From Lepidodermella squamata (taxonomy: Eukaryota > Animalia > Gastrotricha): a DNA stretch of 64,000 bases. Both the position numbers and the translations under genes were made by a program. Positions 35,561-48,651 of the stretch are shown here, piece after piece; position 1 is the stretch's first letter, and each line of letters begins with the position of its first letter. The stretch covers positions 1-64,000 of the forward strand of contig JBLDXI010000012.1 in the NCBI GenBank assembly GCA_047495785.1. The letters are read 5' to 3'. Under the pieces are notes generated by a model that saw nothing but the letters and a program-made list of their open reading frames with translations, did no database searches and was not told the DNA's origin.

Positions 35561-36929
35561 TTAGCTACTCTGAAAATGTCTTTCTGGCAATGCACGCTTT
35601 TTACCTCACGTTTCGCCGACTAAAACGTGTGAGTCACTGTGACTCAAACATCTAAAATATCACTGGCTAAAAAAACTCATAAATCCTTATGGGAAAATAA
35701 TAAGGAATGAGATTACTTAAGTTATCATTTCAGGATGTTGGGTTATTTTATCGTGATTCACCACTATTTTATGTTGCACCCTGGATTTGACAATGCCCGT
35801 TATTGCTTATTCATTTTACATGATGTAGCTATATATAGCCATCAGTTTTATTCATATTTTCTTACGAGAACTTTAATTGGTTTAACAATGTATCTGCTCG
35901 CTCTTCTCGCTCACAGTCAGTCTCCAGGTTAAGTTTCCAGATAAATAGGAGGAGAAAAAAATTGAAGAAAATGCACTGATGTGTCTCATTTACGATGAAA
36001 TTTGAAATACAATATAGGAAAATCGCTAATTTGAATAGGACTGCCTTTACACTGGGTGGCCATAATATTTCGTACACCCCACAAAAACCGTGTTTTTCAT
36101 CCCCAATAAAAACTCTTCAGCCTATATCAATGGGGCCCATAAATTATTACAAAATTTTTTGTTATGAGCAGCAAAGGATAGGTCAGGGCATTTATCGATT
36201 CGTCAACCGATTGATGCTGATTTCAGGTATAGATTGATGGAATATTAGCGAATATTAGGATGATCCTAAATTTCCAGAGCAGCATAGCTCATGCCTTCTA
36301 ATTAAATAGGCATCGTTGATTAATATTCCGAAAGCAGAATTCGAATTTCGACTGCAAAGTTATCAGGTGATTTCTGATTTATCGATTCCGTTAATTTACC
36401 GATAACTGATCGATTTGGCCCCAATGATAACGTTTTTCCTGAGGAAAAGTTACTAATGAGCTTCTAGGACTTTGAAATAACCAAGCAGTTCAAAATCCTC
36501 TGAAATATTCACTGATTTTGCTAATATCGTAAAGCTCAATCAATCGATAAATCAGAAATTACCCGATAACTGGCTCAAACCACCCACGAAATCCACCCAC
36601 AGAAATCACCCACGACGATGAAAAGAGAGCCATCATTCGTCCCAGCTTTAATTGCTCCTGCATGAAAAAGCCAATGAGAATTTTTCATCTGCGTGAATTT
36701 CCAGTATAAAAGATAAAATAATAGCCACTTTATTTCCTTCTTAGCAGTCAACTTTTAACGAAAGAAAGCTAATCCTTTTACCTACAACCTACATGTTTGC
36801 TACACCAAAAGATGTATTTCACAGAGCTTTCATCTATCAGCCGATATTTTATGATCAATAATCGCTTTTTCAGCTGAAAACTTGCATTCGAATGCCTCAA
36901 AATATGAAAATGTTACGCAAGGTTGTGTA

Positions 36930-37129
36930 CAGTGTGGTCTGATACTAGTGCAGGGGGCGAAGTTCGTTCATCTTTTTAATGAGGAGCTTGGAAAAATTTA
37001 TGAATTTCAAGAGTTGCTTTTCCATAGAAAAGATCGATGTCGCAATTCATGAAACTCTTCAATATTTCCAAGCTCCTCATTAAAAAGATGAACGAACTTC
37101 GCCCCCTGCACTAGTATCAGACCACACTG
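36930..37129. mobile_element. Tc1/mariner-type MITE, 200-bp hairpin
   Basis: TA|CAGTGTGGTCTG...CAGACCACACTG|TA with long perfect inverted arms. Confidence 0.9.
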
Positions 37130-37733
37130 TATATCGGAGTCGCCTAAACCGGAAGATTTTCAGTGTGTCGTGCAGATAACATGGACTTAAAAATATAAAT
37201 TTGACGTCTTAACCGGACTTTTTCTAATTCGGAGCGATTTTCAAGCGTGGGGAGGGTAAAAAGTCCGGTTTACACATTTGATGTACTACGCCACATAGAT
37301 TACTGGGTTGTGATCGAAAGAAAAGTGCAACCTTAGAGTCCTGAAACATTCCTGAACATTCCTGAAAGGATCCTGGCGGGTCAATTTTTCTACCACAGGT
37401 AGCTCTTAGGTAGGGCTAACGCCAGGTAAAAATTTGGCTCGTTATCGGGGGTCGTTCATTGTTACGTAAAAGAAATCTCAAATTTACACTCTTCCTTCGA
37501 TCACAACCCTCTCGGAAAAGAACGGTTTTCACCCTGTTTTAGGCTTTTAAAAGATAGAAGTTTCCTATATCATAATTCTAAGCTCAGTTTTCCAAGCCGG
37601 ACTTTCTAAGGATTCTCTCTAAACCGGACGCTTTTACCTGCTGTTTTTTATTTACCAAAAACATTCGGCCGGGTCACAATATTTAATATTCAAAGACTTG
37701 GGCCTATAGAGCTTTCATCTTCTGTTTGAAGTA

Positions 37734-38381
37734 CAGGGTGGCCAAAAAGAGCCGCAAGTTCATTGGCTGGAGTGCGCATCAATTTAATTAGGGTCGTTAT
37801 ATTCCTGCTTAAATAAGTACGCGTTTTTTGATATTCATACTTAAGCGGCTTTCCGCTTACGTAATATTCGAAATTTTTCGACCATAATATTCAGCTTTTA
37901 AAACTGAGTAAGAATCATATCTCACCCAGGAAGCTGTGATAACTTGGACTTGTCAAATTTGATGGCAAAATCTGGAGTTTCTCCCTATTTTCATCAAGTT
38001 GGATCTAAGGTTCAGGACCTTTTAGGTTTCCTGAGCTTTCCAACCCTAATTTCATGTTTTTGGATGCAAATTTGACAAGTCCAAGTTATCACAGCTTCCT
38101 GGGTGAGATATGATTCTTACTCAGTTTTAAAAGCTGAATATTATGGTCGAAAAATTTCGAATATTACGTAAGCGGAAAGCCGCTTAAGTACGAATATCAA
38201 AAAACGCGTACTTATTTAAGCAGGAATATCCACTCCGATTTAATTAAGAGTTTCGAGAAATTGAGGAGTTTCATGGGCAAAAGAATGCTTGAAATTCTTC
38301 AATTTCTGAAAGCTCCTCATTAATTTGATGCGCACTCCAGTCAATGAACTTCGCTCCCTGCGGCTCTTTTTGGCCACCCTG
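37734..38381. mobile_element. Tc1/mariner-type MITE with nested ~165-bp inverted repeat
   Basis: TA|CAGGGTGGCCAAAAAGAGCCGCA...TGCGGCTCTTTTTGGCCACCCTG|TA; internal arms ~37799-37962 and ~38066-38229. Confidence 0.88.
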
Positions 38382-38893
38382 TAGGGAATGTCAAATTTCT
38401 GCGGCTTATATGATCAATTTCTCGAGTTCATAACTATAACCTCGAAAAATTCATGAAATGGGACAATTGTCAGTTTGATAATTTCCAGTCGCACCTTCAA
38501 CATTGATTTTCTCAAAAGGATCCGACGGCGATTTTGTTTCCGTCATAAACCATCGTCAATCGTCAAGCCCTTGCTGATGCGCAATTTGCATTTTCAGTAA
38601 AAGATGTAGGTATCAGGTATCAACATATTATTATGTCTATTGCAAGCTATCACCATGACTAATGTGTGCAGAAATTTGACGTGCAGGAAACGAGGACGAT
38701 CACATCCGCGCTTCATTAATTTCAAAGAGCAAGGCACGCATGAATAATTGTTAAACGTGCCACAAGTGTCAAGACGCCTAATAATTTGTGTCTTATATAA
38801 TATCATCATCGATAGAAGCAGTACTTACACTTCAAAATTTTAAATTCTGTAGAACCTATCCGACTTATTTTTTTAAAGACAGTTTCAGCAAGA

Positions 38894-39181
38894 ATGATTT
38901 CTAAGTCAATTTCCTTCATCCTCGCCTTGATTTTACTCGACGTCGGAGTAGCTAGCAGCTATCAAGTGCTATTCGACATCAACGATTTGATTCTGAAACA
39001 AACATCGCCATATAATTCTGCTATCCTGATGAACAAACCTAAGCCGAAAACGGAGGCACGAAAATTGCTGGACGAATTTGTTCGCGATAATGGCCGGACG
39101 CGGGCTGCTGTTCGCCGACTCGTTGGACCTAAAATCGAGAGAATGGCCGACACGAAAGCAGGAAAAGATGGTTTCTATTGA
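38894..39181 (+). CDS. Secreted LxDIND-motif protein
   Basis: Signal peptide then YQVLFDINDL; TATA at ~38795. Confidence 0.8.
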   Translation: MISKSISFILALILLDVGVASSYQVLFDINDLILKQTSPYNSAILMNKPKPKTEARKLLDEFVRDNGRTRAAVRRLVGPKIERMADTKAGKDGFY

Positions 39182-39584
39182 GAGATGTTGGCAGATACTT
39201 TTCTTTATTTCAAATGTTAAGATGAGATGTGTGAATTGCTCATTTGACGCTGAATAAAATTCATATCGCAGCTTGTGAAATAAAGTGGAATTACCTTCAT
39301 CATGGAAAGGTGAAAGATGATATGTTTCAGCGAGTTTCAGTTTAAAGGCGATATGTGACAAGTACTAAAGGACAAACAGAGCAAACAGGATCCTTCCATT
39401 TTTTTGTAAAATGAAGAGAAAAATAATCAATTCCTTATTACGAAAAACATTATATCGTTAGCGTCGTTTAATAACTCGGATTTAGGCTTGTTTGCGTCAG
39501 TTTTAAGGTGACGGGTGAAAATCCATTTGTGTTTGCCTCTTCATTAACGTAAAAAATACCGCTTTTTACTTGTCACCCGTCACC

Positions 39585-40160
39585 AGTGTTTGGGATTTGA
39601 TTGATTTTGATTTTGGGACTAAATCTTTGCGCTGTAAAATCAAATCTTTTGGACCATACTTTAATTTTCATCTAATTTACTCTTTTTCACATCTGATATC
39701 TTTTTCCTGCATCTAACGGTACTTTATTCGGCATTATCAATCCTGCGTGAATATGGAATCTAATATCGGGGCCAAAAGTTGAGGGTCGCTCAAGTTATGT
39801 CTCCCCTACTTAGAAACGACCTCCTAATCCATGCACAATTCACGTGTGCTTTGGAAAGTCACTACGAAAGTTAATTTTTGATCCCGATTTTTGACTTGAT
39901 TTTTCACATGTTGGTAAATTACTTGCGGTCCATAGCTGCATCTCATCATTGCCAATCTATTGGCGTAAAATTATTTTTAAATGGGGTTATTGCCTAAGTG
40001 TGAACTCAAAAGATGCGTAAAAAAGTGTGTTAGATGCAGATAAAAATGAATTAGATGTGGAAAAAAGTAAATTAGATGCAAGTTAAAGTATATTTCAATC
40101 TTTTCCTCAAAATCAAATCGTCTGGAACCGAAATCAAACCTTCCAAATCAAATCACAAAG
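39585..40160. mobile_element. Degenerate nested palindromic (MITE-like) element
   Basis: GATTTGAT/ATCAAATC outer repeats; inner inverted arms ~39657-39717 and ~40030-40092. Confidence 0.55.
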
Positions 40161-40607
40161 TGTATTGAGTTGAAAACCAGCGAAATTCTTTGCTTCAACT
40201 GAATATTGGTCATCACTTCCCATAGAAAAAAGGTTTAAAATTTACTCTCCCTATAATCGAAGAACAAATTCGACGACGCGTTTCATAGCATGGCATTTAG
40301 TTGAAAAACAAGTGAAAAAGGGGTAAAATTTTGAACACTTTTTGACGGTATCAGTATCTATGCGGCTGGACAGAAACGTATTTTTATTGAACTTCTGTGA
40401 AACAGATGATGCGCCATCTGTTTATAATTTTTTTTCGAAATCTGACCCAAGAGTAATGAAATCCATGAAAACTGATAATTCACAATTAAATTGCATATGC
40501 AAAAAATGAGCAATCACCCCATAATTACCACAATTTTTACCCAGTCCAAGTTTTCAAAGAACACATTTCAATTTGCCAAAAATCAGGTAAAAATAAAAGA
40601 ATTCTCA

Positions 40608-41040
40608 AAATTTGCAGTAAATTCAACAATCACCTTGCCCATCTTTTTGGGGAATATCTTTTAGCGGAACCAAATTTACGGTGAGCGGATCCTAATTTGC
40701 TGTAGCGGAACCAAATATGCTGTAGCGGAACCAAATTTGCTTTTTGCGGAACCAAACTCGAAATATGCCTAAGGTCATTTTTAGAATATTTCTACAAATT
40801 TTAGGCTAAGCACGAATTTTGAACTGAACACTGCGCCTTATAGAGTAGGATGTTGCGCTTCATTCATTAGTGAATTTTGTAGAATTATTTGAGCCAATTT
40901 TGACATGCAATAAATATCCGAAAGCGATTTCAGGCCACTAGAAAATTCTAAAATTTGGTTCCGCTCACTGTAAATTTGGTTCCGCTAAAAGATATTCCCC
41001 AAAAAGATGGGCAAGGTGATTGTTGAATTTACTGCAAATT
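40608..41040. mobile_element. Inverted-repeat element with 21-bp AGCGGAACCAAAT subrepeats
   Basis: ~70-bp inverted arms; a second, inverted copy of the core lies at ~42857-43195. Confidence 0.75.
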
Positions 41041-41203
41041 AAAAGAGGACTCCTTCCTAGGAGAGGTATCATAAAATAATTTGATGACGATGGTCAGTGA
41101 TTAAAATTGCGACATAAAAAACTATAAAGACAGTGATGTTTTGTTTTAAAAACAAACTGCATCGACACAGAGTTTTCAAGTTAACTCTCTCCGAAAAATC
41201 AAA

Positions 41204-42050
41204 ATGCGAGGCATCTGGCGTCCTTACGACGATCAGCCAGGTGCTCAAAATCTACCTGTCGCTAACCAAGTGGTGGGTATCAGGCCCGGCTTAGCGGAAC
41301 TGAGACAGCCTCTAGTGTTGCAGCCACTACCCATGCCACTGGTCAATGCTGCTCGGCCGCCCAACCTTCGACCGATGGCTTTACAACTGCTGTCCCCAGC
41401 TCCGAACGAAGTTCCAATTAATGACCAAACGGCGACTATCGGCGCATTTTCTTCCGCCCGCGGCAGTTGAAGGCAGTTGAATTTGCGGCAGTGTTTGATT
41501 TCGAATTGGCTGCAATTCAAGCTTTCCAGCTCATTTTCGTCAATGTGCCAGGGACGTGCTGCCTCTTCAATCTCGGCCAATCCATTCAAAAAGAGTAGGC
41601 TTGCATAGTAGGTTTTAAGAGTTCCACATTGGCCGACGTGGCACTAATGGCGTACGGCTTATCCCGCGATTCGAAATCCCACTTTGGAACGCGGTCCAGA
41701 GCGCGCTCGCAACAACCTGTCGCGAACCGACAATTCTGTGGAAGGCTAATTTTCCACTAAAGTAGGGCGTTACTTTTAATATTACTCAAACGGTGGGAAA
41801 GCGAGTTTTTAGAGTGGGTATGTCGTGGTATATATTTCACCTCGAAAACATGTGATTTTACGATTTTTCGCAATTTTCGCAAGGCTTTTTTTTGTCGAAT
41901 TCCAGGCCACGCAGGACCGCATTCACACCCTTCTGTTCCCGATCTTCTTCCTTCTCGAAAAAACGCGCAAGAAGTGTTCATGGAACGCTACCGTGGTGGA
42001 ATCGCACGCGGAGGAACCGCTCGATTTATCGGCATATTGATCGCCGCTTG
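41204..42050 (+). pseudogene. Decayed Mutator-like (MULE) transposase
   Basis: Manual translation: VFDFELAAIQAFQ...CCLFNLGQSI and PLWN...NNLSRTDNSVEG* match the MULE DFE/CxxH and RTNNxxE motifs; stops and deletions present. Confidence 0.7.
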
Positions 42051-42856
42051 CATCACCTCGTAATGACATTCAATGCATTCAATATGGACAATTTATTTCC
42101 TTATCTCGAAAATATTTAGCATTCTTTAAATCCCTGAATCATTCTGATCATTTTTAAACCTATATGAACTGCATTGATAATTTATTAACTTGAAATAAAT
42201 GGAGCATTGGCTTTTTCCTCTCATTTTAATTAGCTTACTGGCGTGTTTCCATTTCAAATCCCCTATCAAATATCTAATATTCGCTCAAAAAATATTGTGT
42301 TAGTATACCCATGCTCATGCAATATTTGTATGATATAACATGAGTCGAAGTCTATATTTGAGTGAAGCACGAAATATAGATCGAGTGAAACGAATGAAAC
42401 GAGTGAAATCGAGTCGGAACGAGCCGGTCGGCGAGATTTCACGAGGTGAATGAGTTTCATATTTCTCAATAGCGGATCCACTGCCCGTGCTGACAAGAAT
42501 ATCTGACAAGATTCCCCACAAAATGTCGACTGCGCATAAGAAAATAACATCAGAAATTCGTGCGCGACGAATTACTAACTCGTTGCCTGCTGGTAATTCC
42601 TTGTACTGCGAGATACTCCGCGGGCAGAGAGCATTAGCGCCCACTCTTCGAAGGTGCGTTCACACAGCATCTGGCGAAGATCGCGGCTGGTCACCTCGCG
42701 ATCTTCCTTGCTGACGAGTTGAAGGTAAGACATGGTGATGCTCATCTTCTCGAGGCATTTCTCAGAAATTTTTACATTGAGAGATAACCGTTAACAAGTG
42801 AACAGTTGGGTTTGGCGGAATTATTGACATCGTGAGATTTTGATGGGGTCCTCCTG

Positions 42857-43195
42857 TTAGTGGAACCAAATTTACGGTGAGCGGAACCAAATATGCTGTA
42901 GCGGAACCAAATATGCTGTTAGCGGAACCAAATTTTAGACTTTTCTAGTGGTTTGAAATCGATTTTCGGATATTTATTGCAGGTCAAGATTGGCCACAAT
43001 AATTCTAGAAAATTCAACAATGAATGAAGCGCAACATCCTCTATAAGACGCAGTGTTCAGTTCAAAATTCGTAGAAATATTCTAAAAATGACCTTTGGCA
43101 TATTTCGACTTTGGTTCCGCAAAAAGCAAATTTGGTTCCGCTACAGCATATTTGGTTCCGCTCACCGTAAATTTGGTTCCGCTAAAAGATATTCC
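42857..43195. mobile_element. Second copy of the AGCGGAACCAAAT inverted-repeat element
   Basis: Reverse-complement similarity to 40660-40995. Confidence 0.75.
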
Positions 43196-43266
43196 GATTT
43201 GATGCCCTTTCAAGATCAATGAACGAGGTGTTAGTAACGCGCTAAACGAGTGCTCGAAAAGTGTCG

Positions 43267-43342
43267 TATGTACCCGGGGAATTGAACCCGGGCAGCCTTT
43301 CTGAGAAGGCACGGCAACCTTTGAGCCACCATGGCCGACACT
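43267..43342 (-). other. tRNA-derived (SINE-like) fragment
   Basis: A-box-like TGGCTCAAAGG and B-box GGTTCAATTCC on the minus strand; no complete cloverleaf. Confidence 0.4.
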
Positions 43343-44617
43343 CACTCCGTGTTCGCTTACGCGGTTGTAAGGGGACCAGGAGGGGAGATGGGAGGTGGAC
43401 TAGCTCCCTATAGTGTGGAACGGTATCAAATGGAGTTTGCTAGTCATCTGGTCATCGGGGTTGCTGATAAAATGGGCTTCAAATTTTACGCATGAAAATT
43501 GTTAATTTAGAAAAATGCGCCTAAAAAATCAAGTTTTTTTTGCACCAATTAATAATTCGTCGCGCATGTTATTTTCTTATGTGCAGTCGACATTTTGTGA
43601 GGAATCTTGTCAGATATTCTTGTCAGCACGGCGAGTCGATAAATAGTTTGTCTGTCTGGAGATTGTCTGTGCGTCTGTCTGGAAAATTGGAACTTTGTTC
43701 AAGTTCTGTCAAAATATGCATGGGCGTTAACCGTAAAACATACAACGTAGGCGTTGAAAGTGGCTGAACAGCTTAATATATAAGTATTTATCATCGCAAC
43801 CACCTTAAATTAGTCGGTGGATGTGATCAAACTGTCCAAAATTGCCCATGTGATATGTGGATTTTTGTCGAATGGAAAGATGAATGCGGGGTAACGGCTT
43901 TATTACCTACCAATTATTAAACCTACCGATATCAAATTTCAATTTTAATTACCTAAGGGATAGGTATATTATGCGGATGGATTGAGCAGATTTTACTCGA
44001 TAGAAATCGCGGGCCCTCGTACCCGAGATTACTCTTCCTTAACCAGTTGATTCGCATAAATCCACAAAATATTTGTTGAACTCGCTACGCCTTGTCAATT
44101 TTTTACACAAATTTCCATACATCATGTGTTTTTCTTCCAGAATGAATTGGATGCAATTCCGTGCAGTTTTCTTGAAGAGTGCGCAGCGATCCTTTCCCAT
44201 TAGCGAGAAGACGTCTGGCTCAATTGCTTATCTAGGTAATTGACCTGAACTGGAAAACTCGCTCACAGCAATTATCGTAAAAAATGGGCGACAAATATCA
44301 TTTATTAATCCCCGCAATCTTCCTCAGCCCCACTCAAACAAAATCTATTAAAACTTTATAATTCCTATTAGTTCCACGTGTCAAGACACTCATTATAACT
44401 CTTTAGCATCAACATGCCCGTTACCTTGAAGTGAGCAAGGCTGGGTATCTTCAATAAAGTTTAATTTCCTATTCGCTGAATTGAAGTCATGTGGACCCCC
44501 TCGTTGACCTATAAACGACATTTGAAATTGTGTATAAAAGCAGCGGAAATTTCAATAATGAATATCATTCAACAATTTCAATTCATAGTCTTTATGATAA
44601 TTTTTCAAATATCAACA

Positions 44618-45037
44618 ATGATTCGAACACTCTTTGGTATGCTGGTCATTGCCATGCTCATCTGCTGCATCACAGGCATTGCAGTTCTGCGCGACATCAA
44701 CGACGAGATCATTGAACAAATCAATGAAGAACGCGACAACGAAAACCTGCGCATTTTATCATCCGAAAAAACTGATCTACCCAGCCTGGAGGCGAAAGTC
44801 AACTTGATCGGAAATCTGCGGCGACGCCTCAAGGTCGAGCTCAAGGGCCGTATCGCTGAACTGCTGAAGGCGCCGAGTACTGAGAGTAAGATCCTGAAAA
44901 AACTGATGGCGAGCCGTCTTCAAAAATTGGAAGCTGACGGCGTCCGAAGATCGCCATTTTCTCGGGCTCAAATACGAAAAATTGTGGTCATCAACGATTT
45001 GCCGGATCTAGAATTACCCGCCGATGCGCGTAATTAG
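44618..45037 (+). CDS. Secreted LxDIND-motif protein
   Basis: Signal peptide then IAVLRDINDE; helical middle with ES.IL.K shared with 46124; C-terminal IRKIVVINDL; TATA ~44533. Confidence 0.82.
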   Translation: MIRTLFGMLVIAMLICCITGIAVLRDINDEIIEQINEERDNENLRILSSEKTDLPSLEAKVNLIGNLRRRLKVELKGRIAELLKAPSTESKILKKLMASRLQKLEADGVRRSPFSRAQIRKIVVINDLPDLELPADARN

Positions 45038-46123
45038 TCTATTCGAATGAACTTTTAGCAGAAATATTATAGTCAAAATATTTTTTTCTGCTATACATTT
45101 ACGGCTCGATGCCTGTTGTTACAACTTGTATAGAAACCGCAAAGTAATAAAACATGTTTTTTTTTTATTTGACCTTTATCGAATGAAAAATGGGTTTTGC
45201 GAAATTATTGACATGAGGAGAGTTGCATTTAATCTTAAATACCGCAGCTCAGGATATATTTGGACCGGGTAATTTTGGACTCTTCCGTTTTGCAGTTTTA
45301 CAGTGTTTGTTGCATACAATTTTCCGTCTCTTGAGCTTCTGAATAGCGCAAGTCTCAAGGCGATTGGAGCAATATTTGATTGTTAAGAAATTTATAAGCA
45401 AGGCAGCTCAAATGTCGATTTTGGACCCCCTCTTATCTCCCAAAGAAATGATCATTTTGGGAAGGAAATTGGTAGGCGTTGCTCTATCAGTTATCGAAAG
45501 AAATATCAAGAGTCAAAGATTGATTTTCGCATGGCATTCACTTGAATGCGCGAAGATGCGCGAAAATGTAATTTTCTCAATTTTTTCGAAAAGCAAATGA
45601 TTCGCCATCTGTTCATCATTTTTTCCAAATTCGACCCGAAGCTCAGAAAAAACTGGTCCAACTTCAGCCAAAAATATCTTCGGTCGCCAAAAATCAGGTA
45701 AAAATCGTAAAATCACTACATTTCACCGATAAATCGGAGCTCACCTTAATACACACGTTTGTACCAAAAACAATCGATTTCTGGAACTGATTTTTAATAA
45801 TCGAAAAACATGGTATTGTCTATTGTGTAAAATTACACTCCCTTTTACGGTATTCAATTTGCAAGTAAGGCATGCTGAGGTGAGGAATTTTGCCAGAAAA
45901 TTCGCTGAGCCCCACATTTCACTTGTCAACAGTCATGTAAGATTTTAGGATAGCAGGTTGAAGATGTTATCCGCCTTCGCTTCCGCCGCAGCCGCCGATA
46001 ATCATCTTGCGTTTTCACCCCGGCCAAAATCACACTCATCCATGCGTTAAATTGAATCAAGCCGTCCTTAAATACTCAAATTCAAATTGAAAGGTCACGC
46101 ATTTCTAGAACTAAGGTTAAAAG

Positions 46124-46525
46124 ATGCAGATGAGCTATATCTTAGCATTAGCATTCTGTTTGCTATTAGGCCAGCCAAACGGTGTGGCTTCAATGGGATT
46201 TCTCGCCGATTTAAATGCTGACACCGTTGACTACAGCTACGACATGCCGCCAGCTAATGACGAAGATAGCCCGTTACCTGTCGAGGAATACAGGGCCCTC
46301 CTTCCGCACAATCTTCACAAGCAAATGCGGAAAGACATAATGGGCCGAATGAATGAATTATCTCAAGTCACGGGCCTTGAGTCGGAGATCTTGGACAAAT
46401 ATCTGAAATCAGCCATTGCTAAGAAAAAGGTCGAAGCCCTGGAACTACGTAAAGCGCAACGGGCTGCCATGCGGAAAACTCAATCAGTCAGCCATGATCA
46501 GCCTTCAGCCAATTTGAACGCTTGA
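46124..46525 (+). CDS. Secreted LxDIND-motif protein
   Basis: Signal peptide then MGFLADLNAD; GRMNEL...ESEILDK resembles GRIAEL...ESKILKK of 44618. Confidence 0.8.
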   Translation: MQMSYILALAFCLLLGQPNGVASMGFLADLNADTVDYSYDMPPANDEDSPLPVEEYRALLPHNLHKQMRKDIMGRMNELSQVTGLESEILDKYLKSAIAKKKVEALELRKAQRAAMRKTQSVSHDQPSANLNA

Positions 46526-46611
46526 AAAACTGAACACCCGATGATTTTTATTATTGCTTAAAACTGTTTAAAATAAATCAGGATAAAATGTCAAAGATTT
46601 CGTGGGATTTT

Positions 46612-46827
46612 CTAGCGACGTCCGTAGCCAGCTCGATCCTGGGCGAAGAGTCTCATAGCAACAGCTGGCTTCAAGGCATCTTCACCGTCAGCATCAGCGT
46701 CTCCATAACCATCATCCTCGGCAGCATCTCCCAACAACGACGTCAGAGAATAGGCAGAAGCCTGATGCATTGCCATCAAGGCGATCAGGGCAAAAATTGC
46801 GAAAATTGCGAAGTTTTTCATGGCCAT
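46612..46827 (-). CDS. Small secreted peptide precursor
   Basis: Signal peptide, acidic spacer, C-terminal Y-GRR (amidation signal). Confidence 0.75.
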   Translation of the reverse strand: MAMKNFAIFAIFALIALMAMHQASAYSLTSLLGDAAEDDGYGDADADGEDALKPAVAMRLFAQDRAGYGRR

Positions 46828-47091
46828 GATAAAGGTTTCTTTAACTGCAGAATATGTTATGAAAAATGCTTGTTAGTGCAAGGTAAATAAACCGTCGAGA
46901 GTGTTCGTCTGCGAGCGAACTTGTAATTACAGGAAATCGATTTAATTTCTTCTTGAGAGACCCCCGATTTATTCTACAATACAACTTTAAATTAAAAGAA
47001 GAAAAAAACAAACGCCTACTGGCGTAATATTTTATCGTATAGATCAAACAGTCATTAAAACTATACTATACACTAGATTTTGTTATTTTTT

Positions 47092-47325
47092 TCACTTGCG
47101 AAATATGCGGAGGAAGCCTTGCGGCTTGTGGGGCGATTTCATCGTGTTTTGCTTGAAAATTTGAAATGGCGGCTCGTTGCTGCTCAGATCAGCTATCACG
47201 TATCGCCGAGGAGGCTCGATGACGTTGTTGTAGTTCATGTTGAACCGGTTCGGTGAGTAAACGGCCGTGCTGGTGGCCAACATAGCCAGACCGACAATGA
47301 GAAGAAAGGCGAGAGCTCGCGACAT
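47092..47325 (-). CDS. Small secreted protein
   Basis: Signal peptide; internal RR-YVIADLS; ends FLRIFRK. Confidence 0.75.
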   Translation of the reverse strand: MSRALAFLLIVGLAMLATSTAVYSPNRFNMNYNNVIEPPRRYVIADLSSNEPPFQIFKQNTMKSPHKPQGFLRIFRK

Positions 47326-47610
47326 CAGGATTTAAACAAAAATTCGAGTGAGATAAAATTAATTGCGGAAAAATCTGGTTTAAACTGAAAGAAATAGCCG
47401 CTTCGGATACTTATAAATATTGGCAAACCCCAAACTCTATTTATTTGCACGGGCCGAATAATCCTTCTTTGCGGGGTAGAAATTTACTCTGGACCATTTT
47501 TTCTTGTTTTAGAGCGTTAAAATTTATTTAATGATAAGTGTACCACGCATTTTATTGCTTTCAAGTTTGATTTATAAACAATGAATAATTACTAGAGGCT
47601 ATTATGATAT

Positions 47611-47796
47611 TTAACCAACGGTCAGTCTTGCGTGCGGAATGTTGACCTTCCACAAGCCGGAATCTGTTTTCATAATTCGCCAATGTTGATCCAGGGCCGG
47701 GTTGAAATTCAATCGCATTCTTCGCGGCACTACAGCCAAGCCAGTGGCGAACATCGCAACGAGAATGCTGATAAAAAATGGCAGAAAAAGCTTCAT
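47611..47796 (-). CDS. Small secreted peptide (WRxxK...WxVNxP pair)
   Basis: Signal peptide; WRIMKTDSGLWKVNIP. Confidence 0.72.
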   Translation of the reverse strand: MKLFLPFFISILVAMFATGLAVVPRRMRLNFNPALDQHWRIMKTDSGLWKVNIPHARLTVG

Positions 47797-48228
47797 TATT
47801 TCTCAAGAAATTTTTCCATGAGTTTCGATGCTCAAAAAATAACAAAAATTCAGAAAATTATGGCTGTTAATGAAATGATGACGTCTGGGAAGCCAGCCAA
47901 CGAGGTGATTTATCGACCTCGTGATCCCACGCGTCATTCAAATAACATTTTGTTTGCTGATCGGCGATTTACCTTGGAGACGCCCCGTTGTTTCGCATTA
48001 TTTGTAAAAAAATTAATTGCTTAGGATTTCAGCGATCGATGGACTGTGGTCAGCTATAATTCTTAGGAAGCCTTTATAATAGATTTCCTAACTATAGAAT
48101 CCTGTAAAAATATGCCATGGGATTAAATACAAGTGATTCACCACTGTCTACATTATTTTATTCGAGTGTAAATCAAATTTTATAGGCGAATAATTTTTCT
48201 TGTCATTTTTTGTGACAATGCTGACATG

Positions 48229-48480
48229 TCACGCCTGCGTGAACTTTGAAATGTACGGTGAGTTGACGTGCCAAACTTCGTTATTGGCTTTGACCATCCT
48301 CCAATCATCATGGTCTGCTTTGCGAGCAGGCTTAGCTAGGTTAAGCTGTCCTGTTGGTATCAGCCCGCTTTGTTTGCCGTGCCCGCCATCTGATCGAAAT
48401 CGCCGATACGCTTGGCTGATTTCAGCGAACATAACCAGGAATAACAGGCAATAAAATGTTACGGATTTTTCCATTGTCAT
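48229..48480 (-). CDS. Small secreted peptide (WRxxK...WxVNxP pair)
   Basis: Signal peptide; WRMVKANNEVWHVNSP. Confidence 0.72.
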   Translation of the reverse strand: MTMEKSVTFYCLLFLVMFAEISQAYRRFRSDGGHGKQSGLIPTGQLNLAKPARKADHDDWRMVKANNEVWHVNSPYISKFTQA

Positions 48481-48651
48481 AAAAATGAGAAAAAATTTCG
48501 CTTTACTAACGCTATTCAAATAATTCAATGGGACGTTTTACCAGCTATTATTTATTTATACTAAATAGAAAAACTTAATATATTTTGCCAGCAAAAAACA
48601 ACAATTAAATTACTAACATATTGCTGCCAAAATTGTCGCTTAAAGCGCACT

